64,000 nt of DNA from Amycolatopsis sp. (GCF_025464955.1 NZ_JAODNM010000167.1:66947-130946), one strand, 5' to 3'. Positions 10,013 through 20,223 are shown, numbered from the stretch's first letter. Notes: a model not told the origin generated them from the sequence alone. A program made the numbers and translations.

Positions 10013-10061
10013 GAAAGCGCTTTCTCATGACACCGTTGCGCTGAAGGCGGCTCCCTGTCAA
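10013..10061 (-). promoter_or_regulatory. Sigma70-type promoter of the ALDH-GMC operon with LacI-type operator
   Basis: Minus strand TTGACA (10056-10061), N18, AACGGT (10032-10037); perfect palindrome GAAAGCGCTTTC at 10013-10024. Confidence 0.65.
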
Positions 10062-10357
10062 GGCTGGGGAGCACGGCTTCGAGGGCCAGCCGTCGTACCC
10101 CATGCGGCGGCTGACCCTCGTCCCCAGCCCGGTCGGCTGGAATGGCCTCGTTGCCTTCGCCACCGGTACTTGCCGACGTTAGGTGAGGAGGGTGTACCGG
10201 TGCCTGTACTGCGGCTGGACCGCGATTGCCTCTTGTCCTGCCTGCTCTGAGCTGCGAAAACGCGAAGACCCTGCACTCGGGGGTGGTGCGGAAGCGGCAC
10301 TTTCGCAAGACTGCATGGGTAGGTTGTGCGGCAGGGGTCGCGAAAGGACCAGCGATT

Positions 10358-13300
10358 GTGGGTGACGACCGGCCGTTCGACCGTTCGCTTCGTGACCGGC
10401 GGGTACTCGCGGGGCTGACGCAGGCGCAACTCGCCGAGCGGGCCGGGGTCAGTTTGCGAGCGGTTCGCAACGCCGAGCTCGGCACTGTCCAGCGGCCCCG
10501 GCAGGAGACGGTCCGCCGGTTACTGGCCGTGCTCGACGCCGCGGGCCCGGACACCGGCAGGCTCGTCCGGATCGGCGTGCTTGGCCCGCTGACCGTGCGG
10601 CGGGGGATCCAGGATATCGACGTCGACGCGGCGAAGCAGCGCTGGCTCCTCGCGCTGCTGGCCTTGCAACCGAACCACGTCGTGCGCCGCGACGAGATCG
10701 TCGACCTGCTCTGGGACGAGCGTCCGCCGGCTTCGTGCCTGGAACTGGTCCACACCTATGTCGCACGGCTGCGCAAGGCGCTCGAACCCGGGCGCGGCCC
10801 GCAGGAACCCGCGCGGACGATCATCACGGCCAACGGCGGCTACCTGCTCGCGGTCGGCGAGGACCAGCTGGACGTCCTGCAGTTCGAAGCGCTGGTGACC
10901 CGCGCCGGGCAGGCGTCGGCAGCGGGCGAGCCGGCCGCCGCGTCCAGCTTCTACCTGTCCGCGCTGGGGCTTTGGCGCGGCCCGGTGCTGGCCGGGCTCG
11001 ATCGGTTTCGGCATCATCCCGCCGGTCGCGCGTTGGCTGGACGTCGTACCGCGGCCGTGTTGGCTTTCGCGGATGTCGCGCTGTCGCAAGGAGAGTACGA
11101 CGTGGCCGCGACGCAGTTGCGCGCGCTGACCGTCGAAGAGCCGTTGCACGAACCCGCGCACGCCCGGCTGATGTTCGCCCTCGCCGCCTCCGGACAGCGT
11201 GCCGCCGCCCTCGAACTGTACGACGAGATGCGGCGCCGCCTGCTCGCCGAGTTCGACATCGAACCTGGCGCGGAACTGAGGCAGGCGCAGCTTTCGATAC
11301 TGCACAACGACAATCGCGCCGGGACCTCGAGCGCCGCCGTCCAGCGCCGGCCTGCTCAACTGCCCGCGGACGTCGCCGGGTTCCGCGGCCGTGCGGGGCA
11401 ACTGGCCGAGCTGGGCCAGCTGGCTACCGGCGGGGGAGACGTGCACATCGCGGTACTTTCAGGCACCGCCGGGGTCGGCAAAACCGCCGTTGCCGTGCAC
11501 TGGGCGCATCGCGCGCGTGAGCTGTTCCCTGACGGGCAGCTGTACCTCGACCTGCGCGGTTACGGACCCGGCAGGCCCGTCGAGCCAGGCGACGCGCTGT
11601 CCGGATTCCTGCGTGCGCTGGGGGTCGAAGGCGGCGAGATCCCGGCCGAACCGGACGAACGCGCGGCGAAGTACCGGACGGTGCTGAACGGGCTGCGCAT
11701 GCTGGTGGTCCTGGACAATGCCGGTTCCGCCGACCAGATCCGCCCGCTGCTGCCCGGCTCTTCGTCGTGCTTCGTGGTGGTCACCAGCCGCGATGCGCTG
11801 CCCGGCCTCATCGCGCGGCACGGCGCCCGCCGGCTGCCGCTCGACGTCCTCGGCCAGGAGGAAGCTTTCGACCTGCTGTGGGCGTTGCTTGGCTCCCGTG
11901 TGGACGTCGAGCCCGACGCCGCGCGTGAGCTGGTCGCGTACTCCGCGCGCCTGCCGTTGGCGCTCCGCCTGATCGCCGAACTCGCCAACAGCCGCCCGGG
12001 GGCGAAGCTACGCGCGCTGGTCGCCGAACTCGCCGACGAACGCGGCCGGCTCGACCTCCTCGACGGTGGTGGCGACCCGGGCACGGCGGTGCGGCCGGTG
12101 TTCTCCTGGTCCTATCGGCACCTTCCGGCGGACGCGGCCCGGGTGTTCCGGATGTGGGGCTTCCATCCCGGCCGGGACTTCACCCCCGGCGCGACCGCGG
12201 CGCTCGCCGACGTCAATGTCGACGAGGCGCAGCGGCTGATCGACGTGCTCGTGCGCGCGCACCTCGTCGGGGAAACGGTTCCCGGCCGGTACCAGCTGCA
12301 CGATCTGCTGCGCGTGTACGCCGGCGAGGTCGCCGAGGAGACCGAAGCCGGCGGGCGCGAGGCGTTGACCCGGCTGTTCGACTACTACCTCTACGCCGCG
12401 TCGCGAGCGGTGGACGTCCTTTCGCCGCAAGAGAAGTACCTCCGTCCGGACGTCGGAGAGCCGGCTCTCGCGATCGACGACTGGCCTGGTCCCGCGAACG
12501 CCCAGTCCTGGCTGGAGGCCGAACGGCCCAACCTGATCGCCGTCGCCGCCCACGCCACCCGGAACGGCTGGCCGGACCATCTCCGCAGGCTGTCCACGAT
12601 CCTGTGGCACTACCTCGACGCCGGCGGTTATCACGAGGATTCGCTCGTGTTGCACACCCACGCGACGGCCTTGGCGCACGATGCCGGCGACCGCGCCGGC
12701 CAGGCGGATCCGCTGACTCTGGTCGGCCTGGGGCATTGGCGCGTGGGCCGGTCACGCGAGGCGCTGCACTATCTGGAGGAAGCGCTCGTCATCGCCACGG
12801 ACACCGGCAACAGGAGCACGGAAACCTACGTTCGGACCACGCTCGTCCTGGTCTGCCGCGCGCTGGGACGGTTCACCGAAGCCCTGGACTACGGAACGCA
12901 AGCGCTTGCGCTCGCCCGCGAGGCCGGTGACCGCACCGGCGAAGGCCTGGTGCTGGTCGTGACGGGGCTCGCCTGCCGTGAACTGGGGCGAGTCGGGGAC
13001 GCGCTCGACTATCTGGAACAGGGTCTCGAGGTCACCCTCGAGACCGGCGACCGCACCGCGGAAGGGTATGTCCGGACCAATCTCGGCGACGTGTTCGCGG
13101 CGCAGGGACGCTACGACGACGCCATCCGGTCGCTGGAGGAAGGTATGGACCACCTCCGCGCGACCGGGACACGCACAAGTGAGGCCTACGCGCTGTGTTT
13201 ACTCGGCGCCGTCCACCGGGCACTCGGGCACTATGACAAGGCCGTCGAATGCCTGGAGCAGGCACTGGTGATCGCCCGCGAAACCGGTGGCCGCACCAAT

Positions 13301-13585
13301 GAGAGCGTCGCGTTGAAGAACCTGGGCGACGTCCACCAGGAACTCCGGCACTACGAAGACGCCGCACGCTACCTCGACGACGCGTTGGTCATCGCGCGGG
13401 AGTGCGGCGACCGGGGCGTGGAAACGCGGGTACTCAACAGTTTGGGGGCACTTGCCCGTGCCCGCGGATCCGCCGACGCGGCGATCGACCACTACCGGCA
13501 GGCCTTGGCCATCGCCCTTGAGACAGGAGCGCGAGGGGAGCAGGCGCTGGCACGACAAGGACTCGTGAGTGTTCCGGCCGGTTAG
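10358..13585 (+). CDS. AfsR/SARP-type large regulator: XRE HTH, OmpR-like DBD, BTAD, NB-ARC, TPR repeats
   Basis: LTQAQLAERAGVS; VLGPL...LVHTYVARLRK; ALGLWRGP, EPLHE; PAQLP, GTAGVGKT, LVVLDNA, LPLALR, HDLLR; ~8 tandem 40-aa TPRs; GTG 10358 after AAAGGA. Confidence 0.93.
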   Translation: MGDDRPFDRSLRDRRVLAGLTQAQLAERAGVSLRAVRNAELGTVQRPRQETVRRLLAVLDAAGPDTGRLVRIGVLGPLTVRRGIQDIDVDAAKQRWLLALLALQPNHVVRRDEIVDLLWDERPPASCLELVHTYVARLRKALEPGRGPQEPARTIITANGGYLLAVGEDQLDVLQFEALVTRAGQASAAGEPAAASSFYLSALGLWRGPVLAGLDRFRHHPAGRALAGRRTAAVLAFADVALSQGEYDVAATQLRALTVEEPLHEPAHARLMFALAASGQRAAALELYDEMRRRLLAEFDIEPGAELRQAQLSILHNDNRAGTSSAAVQRRPAQLPADVAGFRGRAGQLAELGQLATGGGDVHIAVLSGTAGVGKTAVAVHWAHRARELFPDGQLYLDLRGYGPGRPVEPGDALSGFLRALGVEGGEIPAEPDERAAKYRTVLNGLRMLVVLDNAGSADQIRPLLPGSSSCFVVVTSRDALPGLIARHGARRLPLDVLGQEEAFDLLWALLGSRVDVEPDAARELVAYSARLPLALRLIAELANSRPGAKLRALVAELADERGRLDLLDGGGDPGTAVRPVFSWSYRHLPADAARVFRMWGFHPGRDFTPGATAALADVNVDEAQRLIDVLVRAHLVGETVPGRYQLHDLLRVYAGEVAEETEAGGREALTRLFDYYLYAASRAVDVLSPQEKYLRPDVGEPALAIDDWPGPANAQSWLEAERPNLIAVAAHATRNGWPDHLRRLSTILWHYLDAGGYHEDSLVLHTHATALAHDAGDRAGQADPLTLVGLGHWRVGRSREALHYLEEALVIATDTGNRSTETYVRTTLVLVCRALGRFTEALDYGTQALALAREAGDRTGEGLVLVVTGLACRELGRVGDALDYLEQGLEVTLETGDRTAEGYVRTNLGDVFAAQGRYDDAIRSLEEGMDHLRATGTRTSEAYALCLLGAVHRALGHYDKAVECLEQALVIARETGGRTNESVALKNLGDVHQELRHYEDAARYLDDALVIARECGDRGVETRVLNSLGALARARGSADAAIDHYRQALAIALETGARGEQALARQGLVSVPAG

Positions 13586-13608
13586 AAGCGGCCGGAATGC
13601 TCACGAGT
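13561..13608. terminator. 20-bp stem hairpin spanning the 3' ends of two convergent genes
   Basis: ACTCGTGAGtgTTCCGGCCG...CGGCCGGAAtgCTCACGAGT. Confidence 0.6.
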
Positions 13609-13915
13609 GGTTCGGCGGCTGCTGAGCGACCTGCGGCTCGTACTGCACCGGGGGCTGCTGCATGGCAGGCTGCTGGCTCGCGCCCTGGGCCTCGGCCTGC
13701 AGCGCCTGCTCCTTGGTCAACCTGTTCGTCGCCCCGCAGAACGTGCACTGCGTGGTGTACTTGACGTTGATCGGGAACAGCGGGATGAAGAACAGCGTGA
13801 ACTTCATGACGGCCTTGCGCAGCGCGTGCGCCGCGGGATTGCCGCACCTGCCGCACAGGAACGTCACCATGGCCAGCTGCAGGACCCTGGTCCGATAACC
13901 CCAGATCAAAAGCAC
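13601..13915 (-). CDS. Zinc-ribbon domain protein (104 aa)
   Basis: GTG after AGGAG; LLIWG...CGRCG...FTLFFIPLFP...CTFCG. Confidence 0.85.
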   Translation of the reverse strand: MLLIWGYRTRVLQLAMVTFLCGRCGNPAAHALRKAVMKFTLFFIPLFPINVKYTTQCTFCGATNRLTKEQALQAEAQGASQQPAMQQPPVQYEPQVAQQPPNHS

Positions 13916-14039
13916 GTGTACTCCTGTTGACTCGTTCGGCTGAGCGACAGCCTCGCACGCGGTTCCCCTTGTCCGTGGTGGAATACCGAAATCACGGCGG
14001 GTTCCGATGGCGAGCCGTGACCTGGTTAGGCCGTTCGGA

Positions 14040-15464
14040 CTACCGCACCGCCGCGGCCAGGCGTCGGAAGCCTTCGGCGATGTCGCGCTGTTGGATCGAG
14101 CCGTACCCGAGCACGAGCCCGGGTTGCCCGGGATCGACGTCGCAGTAGCCGGCCAGGCTTTCCACCGCCACGCCCGCCTCCCTGGCTCGCCGCACCCAGC
14201 CGTCCACTTCGACTGTCGTTTGTGGAGCGATGCGGGTGCACAGGTGCAACCCCGCCGTCGATGGCACGACATCGAGCCGTCCGGCGAAATCGGCCTGCAG
14301 GATTCTTTCGATCTGCTCGCGCCTGGACGCGTATTCACGCGTCGCCTTGCGCACATGGCGGGCGAGGAGCCCCTCTTCGATGAACCGCGCCAGGGTGGCT
14401 TGGCTGACGAGGTCGCCGTGCCAGTCGGTGAGCTGCTTCGCCCACTTCAACGCGGGCCGCAGTGACGCGGGCGCGATCAGGAAACCCAGACGCAGCATGG
14501 GAAGCAACGTCTTCGAGAACGAACCGACATAGATCACCCGGCCGCTGCGGTCGAGGCGCTGCAACGGTTCGAGTGGGCGGTCGGAAAACCGGAACTCGCT
14601 GTCGTAGTCGTCTTCGATGACCACGGCGTCGTGCCGCTCGGCCCACTCCAGCAGCGCGGCCCGGCGAGTCAGGGACATCGACGTACCGAGCGGGAACTGG
14701 TGCGACGGCGTGGTGTAGACCAGCCGGGTGCCGTCGGGGATCGCGCTGACGTCGAGGCCTTCGGCGTCGACGGGGACCCCGGTGACCCGGGCGCCCAGGG
14801 AACGGAACAGCAGCCGCGCCGGCGGGTATCCCGGTTCTTCGACGGCGACGCGGTCGCCCGGCTCGATCAGGATGCGGCCGACGAGGTCCAGCGCCTGTTG
14901 CGCGCCTTGGGTGATGAGCACGTCGTCGGCACCGGCGAGGACGGACCTCGACGTCCCGATGTGCCGCGCGATCGCGGCCCGCAACCCGGCGTGCCCGGCG
15001 GAATCGCCGTACGTCGTGGTGCGGACGGCCGACGGCCGGAGCACGTGCGCGACCAGTCGCCGCCAGGTTTCGAGCGGGAACATCAGCGGGTCGGGCACTC
15101 CCACGGAAAAGTCGTAAGTCGCCGGAGAAGGTGCGGACTGCGCGAAGGCGGGGATGGACCGCCACTGGGCACGCGGCCGGACACCGGCGCCGGCGGGTGC
15201 GGTTCGGGGCCGGACGTGGTCGAGCGGACCAGTGTGGACGAACGTGCCGGCGCCGACCCGGCTGGTCAGGAAGCCTTCGGCGGTGAGCCGTTCGTAGGCG
15301 GTGGCCACCGTGTTGCGGGAGACGTCCAGCCGCTGCGCCAGCTCGCGAGTCGGCGGGAGCCGCTCGCCGCGGTGGAGCCGGCCGTCGAGCACGGCTTCAC
15401 GCAGCTGGCGGTAGATCCGGGCGGTCAGGTCACCGCGCCCGCTGAGGCTGACATGGAAGTCCAC
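14040..15464 (-). CDS. MocR/GabR-type GntR regulator with PLP-dependent aminotransferase domain
   Basis: IYRQLREAV.DGRL..GERLPPTRELA; TPSHQFPLG, EDDYDSEF, GSFSK; leaderless GTG 6 nt after TACGGT. Confidence 0.93.
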   Translation of the reverse strand: MDFHVSLSGRGDLTARIYRQLREAVLDGRLHRGERLPPTRELAQRLDVSRNTVATAYERLTAEGFLTSRVGAGTFVHTGPLDHVRPRTAPAGAGVRPRAQWRSIPAFAQSAPSPATYDFSVGVPDPLMFPLETWRRLVAHVLRPSAVRTTTYGDSAGHAGLRAAIARHIGTSRSVLAGADDVLITQGAQQALDLVGRILIEPGDRVAVEEPGYPPARLLFRSLGARVTGVPVDAEGLDVSAIPDGTRLVYTTPSHQFPLGTSMSLTRRAALLEWAERHDAVVIEDDYDSEFRFSDRPLEPLQRLDRSGRVIYVGSFSKTLLPMLRLGFLIAPASLRPALKWAKQLTDWHGDLVSQATLARFIEEGLLARHVRKATREYASRREQIERILQADFAGRLDVVPSTAGLHLCTRIAPQTTVEVDGWVRRAREAGVAVESLAGYCDVDPGQPGLVLGYGSIQQRDIAEGFRRLAAAVR

Positions 15465-15477
15465 TGCCCGACCGTAC

Positions 15478-15524
15478 ATTGGCCCAACTCGAATCGCTCA
15501 AATTGGTACTGGGGTATGGCCAAT
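15478..15524. promoter_or_regulatory. Probable MocR binding site: two direct and one inverted ATTGG
   Basis: ATTGG at 15478 and 15502, CCAAT at 15520, the direct-plus-inverted layout typical of MocR regulators. Confidence 0.55.
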
Positions 15525-15564
15525 CCGACTCGTAGCGTGGCAGTCGACAGAAGGAGAAAAGCCC

Positions 15565-16182
15565 GTGACGATCGCGGACCTGTGGTTCGACCCGAAGTGC
15601 CCGTGGGCGTGGATCGCTTCGCGCTGGCTGCTCGAAGTGGAGCAACTACGCGACGTCGAGGTGCGGTTCCACGTGCTGAGCCTGTCGGCGCTCAACGAAG
15701 GCCGCGAAGGACTCGAGGAGTGGTACCGCGAGTGGTTGGACACCGGTTGGGGACCGGCGCGTGTCGCGAAGGCTGTCGAGCTCAAGTACGGCCCTGACGA
15801 GGTGCGGGACCTCTACACCGCGCTCGGCACTCGGATCCACCTCAAGAAGGAACCGCTCTGCCGCGGCCTCTATGCCGCCGCGTTGGCCGAGGTCAGCCTG
15901 CCGGAGAACTTCGCCGATGCCGCCGAGAGCGAAGACCTCGACGACGCTCTGCGGGCGGGCAACGAAGCCGGTCTCGGCCCGATCGGCGAAGACCTCGGCA
16001 CCCCGGCGATCCACGTGAGCACCCCGGACGGCCGCCGCACGGCGTTCTTCGGCCCGGTCGTCACGCCGGCTCCTCGCGGCGAGGCCGCGGGCAAGCTTTG
16101 GGACGGGATCCTGCTCGTGGCGGGCACGGAAGGTTTCTACGAACTGAAGCGGGCCCGCACCAGCGGCCCGGTCGTCGGCTGA
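15565..16182 (+). CDS. DsbA-like (Rv2466c-type) mycothiol-dependent oxidoreductase
   Basis: WFDPKCPWAWIASRW, GTP, AFFGPV, GFYELKR.RT. Confidence 0.88.
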   Translation: MTIADLWFDPKCPWAWIASRWLLEVEQLRDVEVRFHVLSLSALNEGREGLEEWYREWLDTGWGPARVAKAVELKYGPDEVRDLYTALGTRIHLKKEPLCRGLYAAALAEVSLPENFADAAESEDLDDALRAGNEAGLGPIGEDLGTPAIHVSTPDGRRTAFFGPVVTPAPRGEAAGKLWDGILLVAGTEGFYELKRARTSGPVVG

Positions 16183-16192
16183 ACGGGCGGAC

Positions 16193-17434
16193 ATGATGCG
16201 CGCCAGGATGGATCGTCCGATCCGCGTGCTCGCCGTGGCACAGGTGACCAGCTCGCTCGGCGACGGCGCCTACCTTGTCTGCTCGGCGCTGTACTTCACC
16301 TTGATCGTGGGGCTTTCGCTGGCGCAGGTCGGGCTGGGCCTCACGCTCGGGTGGGGCGTCGGTTCGGTGGCGGGTGTCGCGCTGGGGCATCTCGCCGACC
16401 GGCGGGGGCCGCGCGGCGTGGCCGTGCTGATGGCCGTCGCCACCGCGTCGGCGGTCGGCTCGTTCCTGTTCGTCCGGTCGTTCGTCCTGTTCGTGGTGAT
16501 GGCGTGTGTGTACGCGAGCTGTCAGAGCGGCCTCGCGGCGGCCCGGCAAGCGCTGCTCGTGGGGCTGGTGGCCGAGGACGAGCGGACCGGGGTCCGGGCG
16601 GCGATGCAGTCGAAGACCAATGCCGGTCTCGCTATCGGAGCGGCACTCGGCGGGTTGGCTCTGCACTTCGGCACTCGCGAGGCGTACTTGGTGGTCTTCG
16701 CGATCGATGCGGCAAGTGTCGCTGTCGCCGCGCTGGTCCTCTCCCGGCTCCCGAAGGTCGCGCCGGTAGCCGCGCGCCGTGGTGAGCGCTCGCTGGCCGT
16801 GCTCCGGGACCGCCCGTACGCATTGCTCACCCTGCTGAACATGTTCATGGTGCTCTACATGCCGTTGTTCACCTTCGTCATTCCACTGTGGATAGTGCGG
16901 CGGACGCACGCGCCGGTGTGGACGGTCTCGGCGATGTTGGTGCTGAACATGGTCAGCGTCGTGTTGTTCCAGGTACGGGTGGCGCGCCGGGTGTCCGACC
17001 TGCGCGGCGCGGCCCGCTTCAGCCGCTACGCCGGTCTCGCGATGCTGGCCGCGTGCGCGGTGTTCGCCGTGTCGGCAGCAGGGACGTCGGCATGGCTGGT
17101 CGCGGCGATCCTGATCTCCGGCGCGTGCCTTCAGGTCATCGGCGAGATGATGCAGGCGGCCGGTAGCTGGCAGCTCAGCTTCACCTTGGCGCCGGCCGGT
17201 AAGCAGGGGCAGTACCAAGGCTTTTTCGGTGCCGGCGCGCCAGTCGCGAGGATGCTCGGGCCGCTGCTGCTGTCGACCGTCATCCTATCCTGGGGAGTCC
17301 CGGGTTGGCTGTTACTGGGCGGGCTGTTCGCGCTTGCCGGCTGCGCGACGGGACCCGCTGTCCGTTGGGCGGAGGGGCAGCGGACCCAGGCAGCCGTCGT
17401 TCCCGTGTTGGTCGCGCTCAGCCCATGCCGGTGA
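16193..17434 (+). CDS. MFS transporter
   Basis: ~12 hydrophobic segments; GHLADRRGPR motif A. Confidence 0.88.
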   Translation: MMRARMDRPIRVLAVAQVTSSLGDGAYLVCSALYFTLIVGLSLAQVGLGLTLGWGVGSVAGVALGHLADRRGPRGVAVLMAVATASAVGSFLFVRSFVLFVVMACVYASCQSGLAAARQALLVGLVAEDERTGVRAAMQSKTNAGLAIGAALGGLALHFGTREAYLVVFAIDAASVAVAALVLSRLPKVAPVAARRGERSLAVLRDRPYALLTLLNMFMVLYMPLFTFVIPLWIVRRTHAPVWTVSAMLVLNMVSVVLFQVRVARRVSDLRGAARFSRYAGLAMLAACAVFAVSAAGTSAWLVAAILISGACLQVIGEMMQAAGSWQLSFTLAPAGKQGQYQGFFGAGAPVARMLGPLLLSTVILSWGVPGWLLLGGLFALAGCATGPAVRWAEGQRTQAAVVPVLVALSPCR

Positions 17435-18242
17435 GGTTCGCGCTCACGTTCCACAGCTGCTTGACGGCGGTGAGGTTCTCGACGACGGCCGCGGCGTGGG
17501 CCGGTTCGGACTTCTCGTTGTAGTAAGCGCCGTTGAAGACCTTCTGTCGCATACACAACCGAGCGACAACGCGGGCGCCTTCGACGGCGGGCCGTCCGGC
17601 CTCGCTGTAGGTGGGCAGCAGCGCGGTGTCGAGGATCCCCGGGTGCACGCTGATCGCGGTCGAGCGCGCCGCCCCGTACATCGTCAGGCCCTTGGTGAAC
17701 ATGGTGAGCGCGAGCTTCGAACGCGAGTACGCCGAGTGGGGCGAGTAGCGGTGCATCTCTTTCAGCGCAGCCGGTTCGAGGCTGGCCCACACGTGGTGCG
17801 AAGACGACACGTTGACCACACGGCTCCGCGGAGTCGCGGCGAGTCGGCGCTCCAGCATCGTCGTCAGCAGGTACGGGGACAGGTAGTTGATCTGCCAGGT
17901 CCGCTCGTAACCGTCCTCGGTCAGCTCCCGGTGTTCCGCGCCGGCGATGGCGGCGTTGTTGACGAGCACGTCGAGGCGCGGATGGGCCTTGCTGACCAGG
18001 TGCGCCATGGTGGCGACCTCGTTGAAGCAGGCGAAGTCGGCCACCGCGCTGTGCAGCCGCAGGGGGTCGATACCGTCCTTGACCAGCCGCTCCATGGCGT
18101 CGTCGACCTGCCCGGCGGTCCGGCCGTGCACGATGACGTCGTGGTCGGCGGCCGCCAGCAACCGGGCGGTCTCGTAGCCGAGCCCGTCGGTGGCGCCCGT
18201 CACGAGGACAGTGCGGAGGTCTTCTTCTGCGGTGCCAGGCAT
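17418..18242 (-). CDS. Short-chain dehydrogenase/reductase
   Basis: TGATDGLG, LDVLVNNAA, VVNVSS, YSRSK. Confidence 0.9.
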   Translation of the reverse strand: MPGTAEEDLRTVLVTGATDGLGYETARLLAAADHDVIVHGRTAGQVDDAMERLVKDGIDPLRLHSAVADFACFNEVATMAHLVSKAHPRLDVLVNNAAIAGAEHRELTEDGYERTWQINYLSPYLLTTMLERRLAATPRSRVVNVSSSHHVWASLEPAALKEMHRYSPHSAYSRSKLALTMFTKGLTMYGAARSTAISVHPGILDTALLPTYSEAGRPAVEGARVVARLCMRQKVFNGAYYNEKSEPAHAAAVVENLTAVKQLWNVSANLTGMG

Positions 18243-18396
18243 CGGTGGTCCATTTCGACGGGTGACGCGGTTCTTGCTTCTTCCACTGAACATCCGCCCG
18301 CGCGTGTCCGCCGTGGCCTGCACGCCGTCGTGACAATGAAGGTCAACTTCCTAACGCTTCCCTGACGGCCTGTGACTTGTCTCTCCCTTTACTTAG

Positions 18397-18432
18397 TTGC
18401 CACACGCAAAGAAATTGCTTAGCCTTGCTAAG
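18397..18432. promoter_or_regulatory. AT-rich palindromic operator-like sites upstream of the 14-TMS MFS
   Basis: TTGC-N5-GCAA (18397-18409) and CTTAGC-N3-GCTAAG (18418-18432). Confidence 0.5.
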
Positions 18433-18455
18433 GGAAATGGGTAGGAGGATTCACT

Positions 18456-20219
18456 GTGTCGGATCGCAGGCAAAGGTCGGCGGAAGAGCTGGGCCCGCGC
18501 TACAAATGGATCGCGTTGTCGAACACGACGCTCGGGATGCTGATCGCGACGATCAACTCGTCGATCGTGCTGATCGCGTTGCCGGACATCTTCAAGGGCA
18601 TCGGAATCAACCCCCTAGAGCCGGCGAACACGAGCTACCTGCTGTGGATGCTCATGGGCTTCATGGTCGTCACCGCGGTACTGGTGGTGAGCTTCGGCAG
18701 GCTCGGCGACATGTTCGGCCGCGCCAAGATGTACAACCTGGGTTTCGCGATCTTCACGGTGTCGTCGGTTTTCCTGGCCATTACGTGGTTCCAGGGTGAC
18801 GCCGCCGCGCTGTGGCTGATCGGCTGGCGCATCGTCCAAGGGGTCGGCGGCGCGTTCCTGATGGCCAACTCCTCGGCGATCCTGACCGACGCCTTCCCGG
18901 CCAACCAGCGCGGGATGGCACTGGGCATCAACGGGGTCGCCGCGATCGCCGGGTCGTTCCTCGGGCTGGTCATCGGCGGGGTCCTCGCGCCGGTCAACTG
19001 GAACCTGATCTTCCTGGTCTCGGTGCCGATCGGGATCGTGGGCACCATCTGGGCCTACCTGAAGCTGCACGACACCGGCATCCGCAAGCACGCCCGCATG
19101 GACTGGTGGGGCAACATCACCTTCGGCGTCGGCCTGGTCGCGGTGCTCGTCGGCATCACCTATGGGATCCAGCCCTACGGCAGCTCCCAAACCGGTTGGG
19201 GCAGCCCGTTCGTGCTGACCTGCATCCTCGGCGGCCTCGTCGTGCTGGTCGCGTTCGTGGTGATCGAGCTGAAGGTCGACAACCCGCTGTTCACCCTGTC
19301 GCTGTTCCGGATCAGGTCGTTCACCTTCGGCAACATCGCCAACCTCTCGGCGTCGCTCGGCCGCGGTGGGCTGCAGTTCGTCCTGATCATCTGGTTGCAG
19401 GGGATCTGGCTGCCGCAGCACGGGTACAGCTTCGCGCAGACGCCGTTGTGGGCCGGGATCTACATGCTGCCCATGACCGTCGGGTTCCTGTTGTCCGCGC
19501 CCGCGTCCGGCATTCTGTCCGACCGCATCGGCAGCCGGATGCTCGCCTCGGGTGGTCTGGTCATCACCGCGATCACCTTCGGCCTGCTGATCATGCTGCC
19601 GGTCAACTTCGACTACTGGGCCTTCGCCAGGATCCTGCTGCTCAACGGAATCGGCATGGGCATGTTCTCCTCACCCAACCGCGCCGAGGTGATGAACAGC
19701 CTGCCCGCCGACGCCCGCGGCTCCGGTTCGGGCATGATGACGACCTTCCAGAACTCCGCGATGGTCCTGTCGATCGGCTTCTTCTTCAGCCTCATCATCG
19801 CCGGTCTGTCGTCGACCTTGCCGGCCACGATGAACCAGGGCCTGGTCGCGCACGGCGTCTCGGCGGCGCAGGCCGGTCAGATCGCCGGACTGCCCGCGGT
19901 GTCGATCCTGTTCGCCGCGTTCCTGGGCTACAACCCGATCCAACAGCTGCTGGGCGGTCAACTGAGCCAGTTGACGCCGGATCAGGCGAGCTTCCTGACC
20001 GGGCGCAGCTTCTTCCCGAACCTGATTTCGGGGCCGTTCTCGGAAGGTCTGTCGGTCGCGTTCGGCTTCGCGATCGTGGTCTGCCTCATCGGCGCTGTCG
20101 CGTCGCTGCTGACGAAGGACAAGAAGCCCGCCCCGGGCGTCGAACACGAATCCGTCGGCGCCGAACTGGCCGCCGTCGCCGGTGAATCCGGCATCGGCCC
20201 CAGCGAGCTCGTCCGGTAG
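18456..20219 (+). CDS. DHA2-type (14-TMS) MFS efflux transporter
   Basis: [43 protein letters not shown]. Confidence 0.92.
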   Translation: MSDRRQRSAEELGPRYKWIALSNTTLGMLIATINSSIVLIALPDIFKGIGINPLEPANTSYLLWMLMGFMVVTAVLVVSFGRLGDMFGRAKMYNLGFAIFTVSSVFLAITWFQGDAAALWLIGWRIVQGVGGAFLMANSSAILTDAFPANQRGMALGINGVAAIAGSFLGLVIGGVLAPVNWNLIFLVSVPIGIVGTIWAYLKLHDTGIRKHARMDWWGNITFGVGLVAVLVGITYGIQPYGSSQTGWGSPFVLTCILGGLVVLVAFVVIELKVDNPLFTLSLFRIRSFTFGNIANLSASLGRGGLQFVLIIWLQGIWLPQHGYSFAQTPLWAGIYMLPMTVGFLLSAPASGILSDRIGSRMLASGGLVITAITFGLLIMLPVNFDYWAFARILLLNGIGMGMFSSPNRAEVMNSLPADARGSGSGMMTTFQNSAMVLSIGFFFSLIIAGLSSTLPATMNQGLVAHGVSAAQAGQIAGLPAVSILFAAFLGYNPIQQLLGGQLSQLTPDQASFLTGRSFFPNLISGPFSEGLSVAFGFAIVVCLIGAVASLLTKDKKPAPGVEHESVGAELAAVAGESGIGPSELVR

Positions 20220-20223
20220 GTGC

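Noticed and set aside
10520-13201. bldA-type TTA control of the SARP gene (TTA at 10520 and 13199)
   Set aside because: In-frame TTA also occurs in the YdhS fusion, amidase, MFS, a GNAT and pntA, so it is not distinctive here
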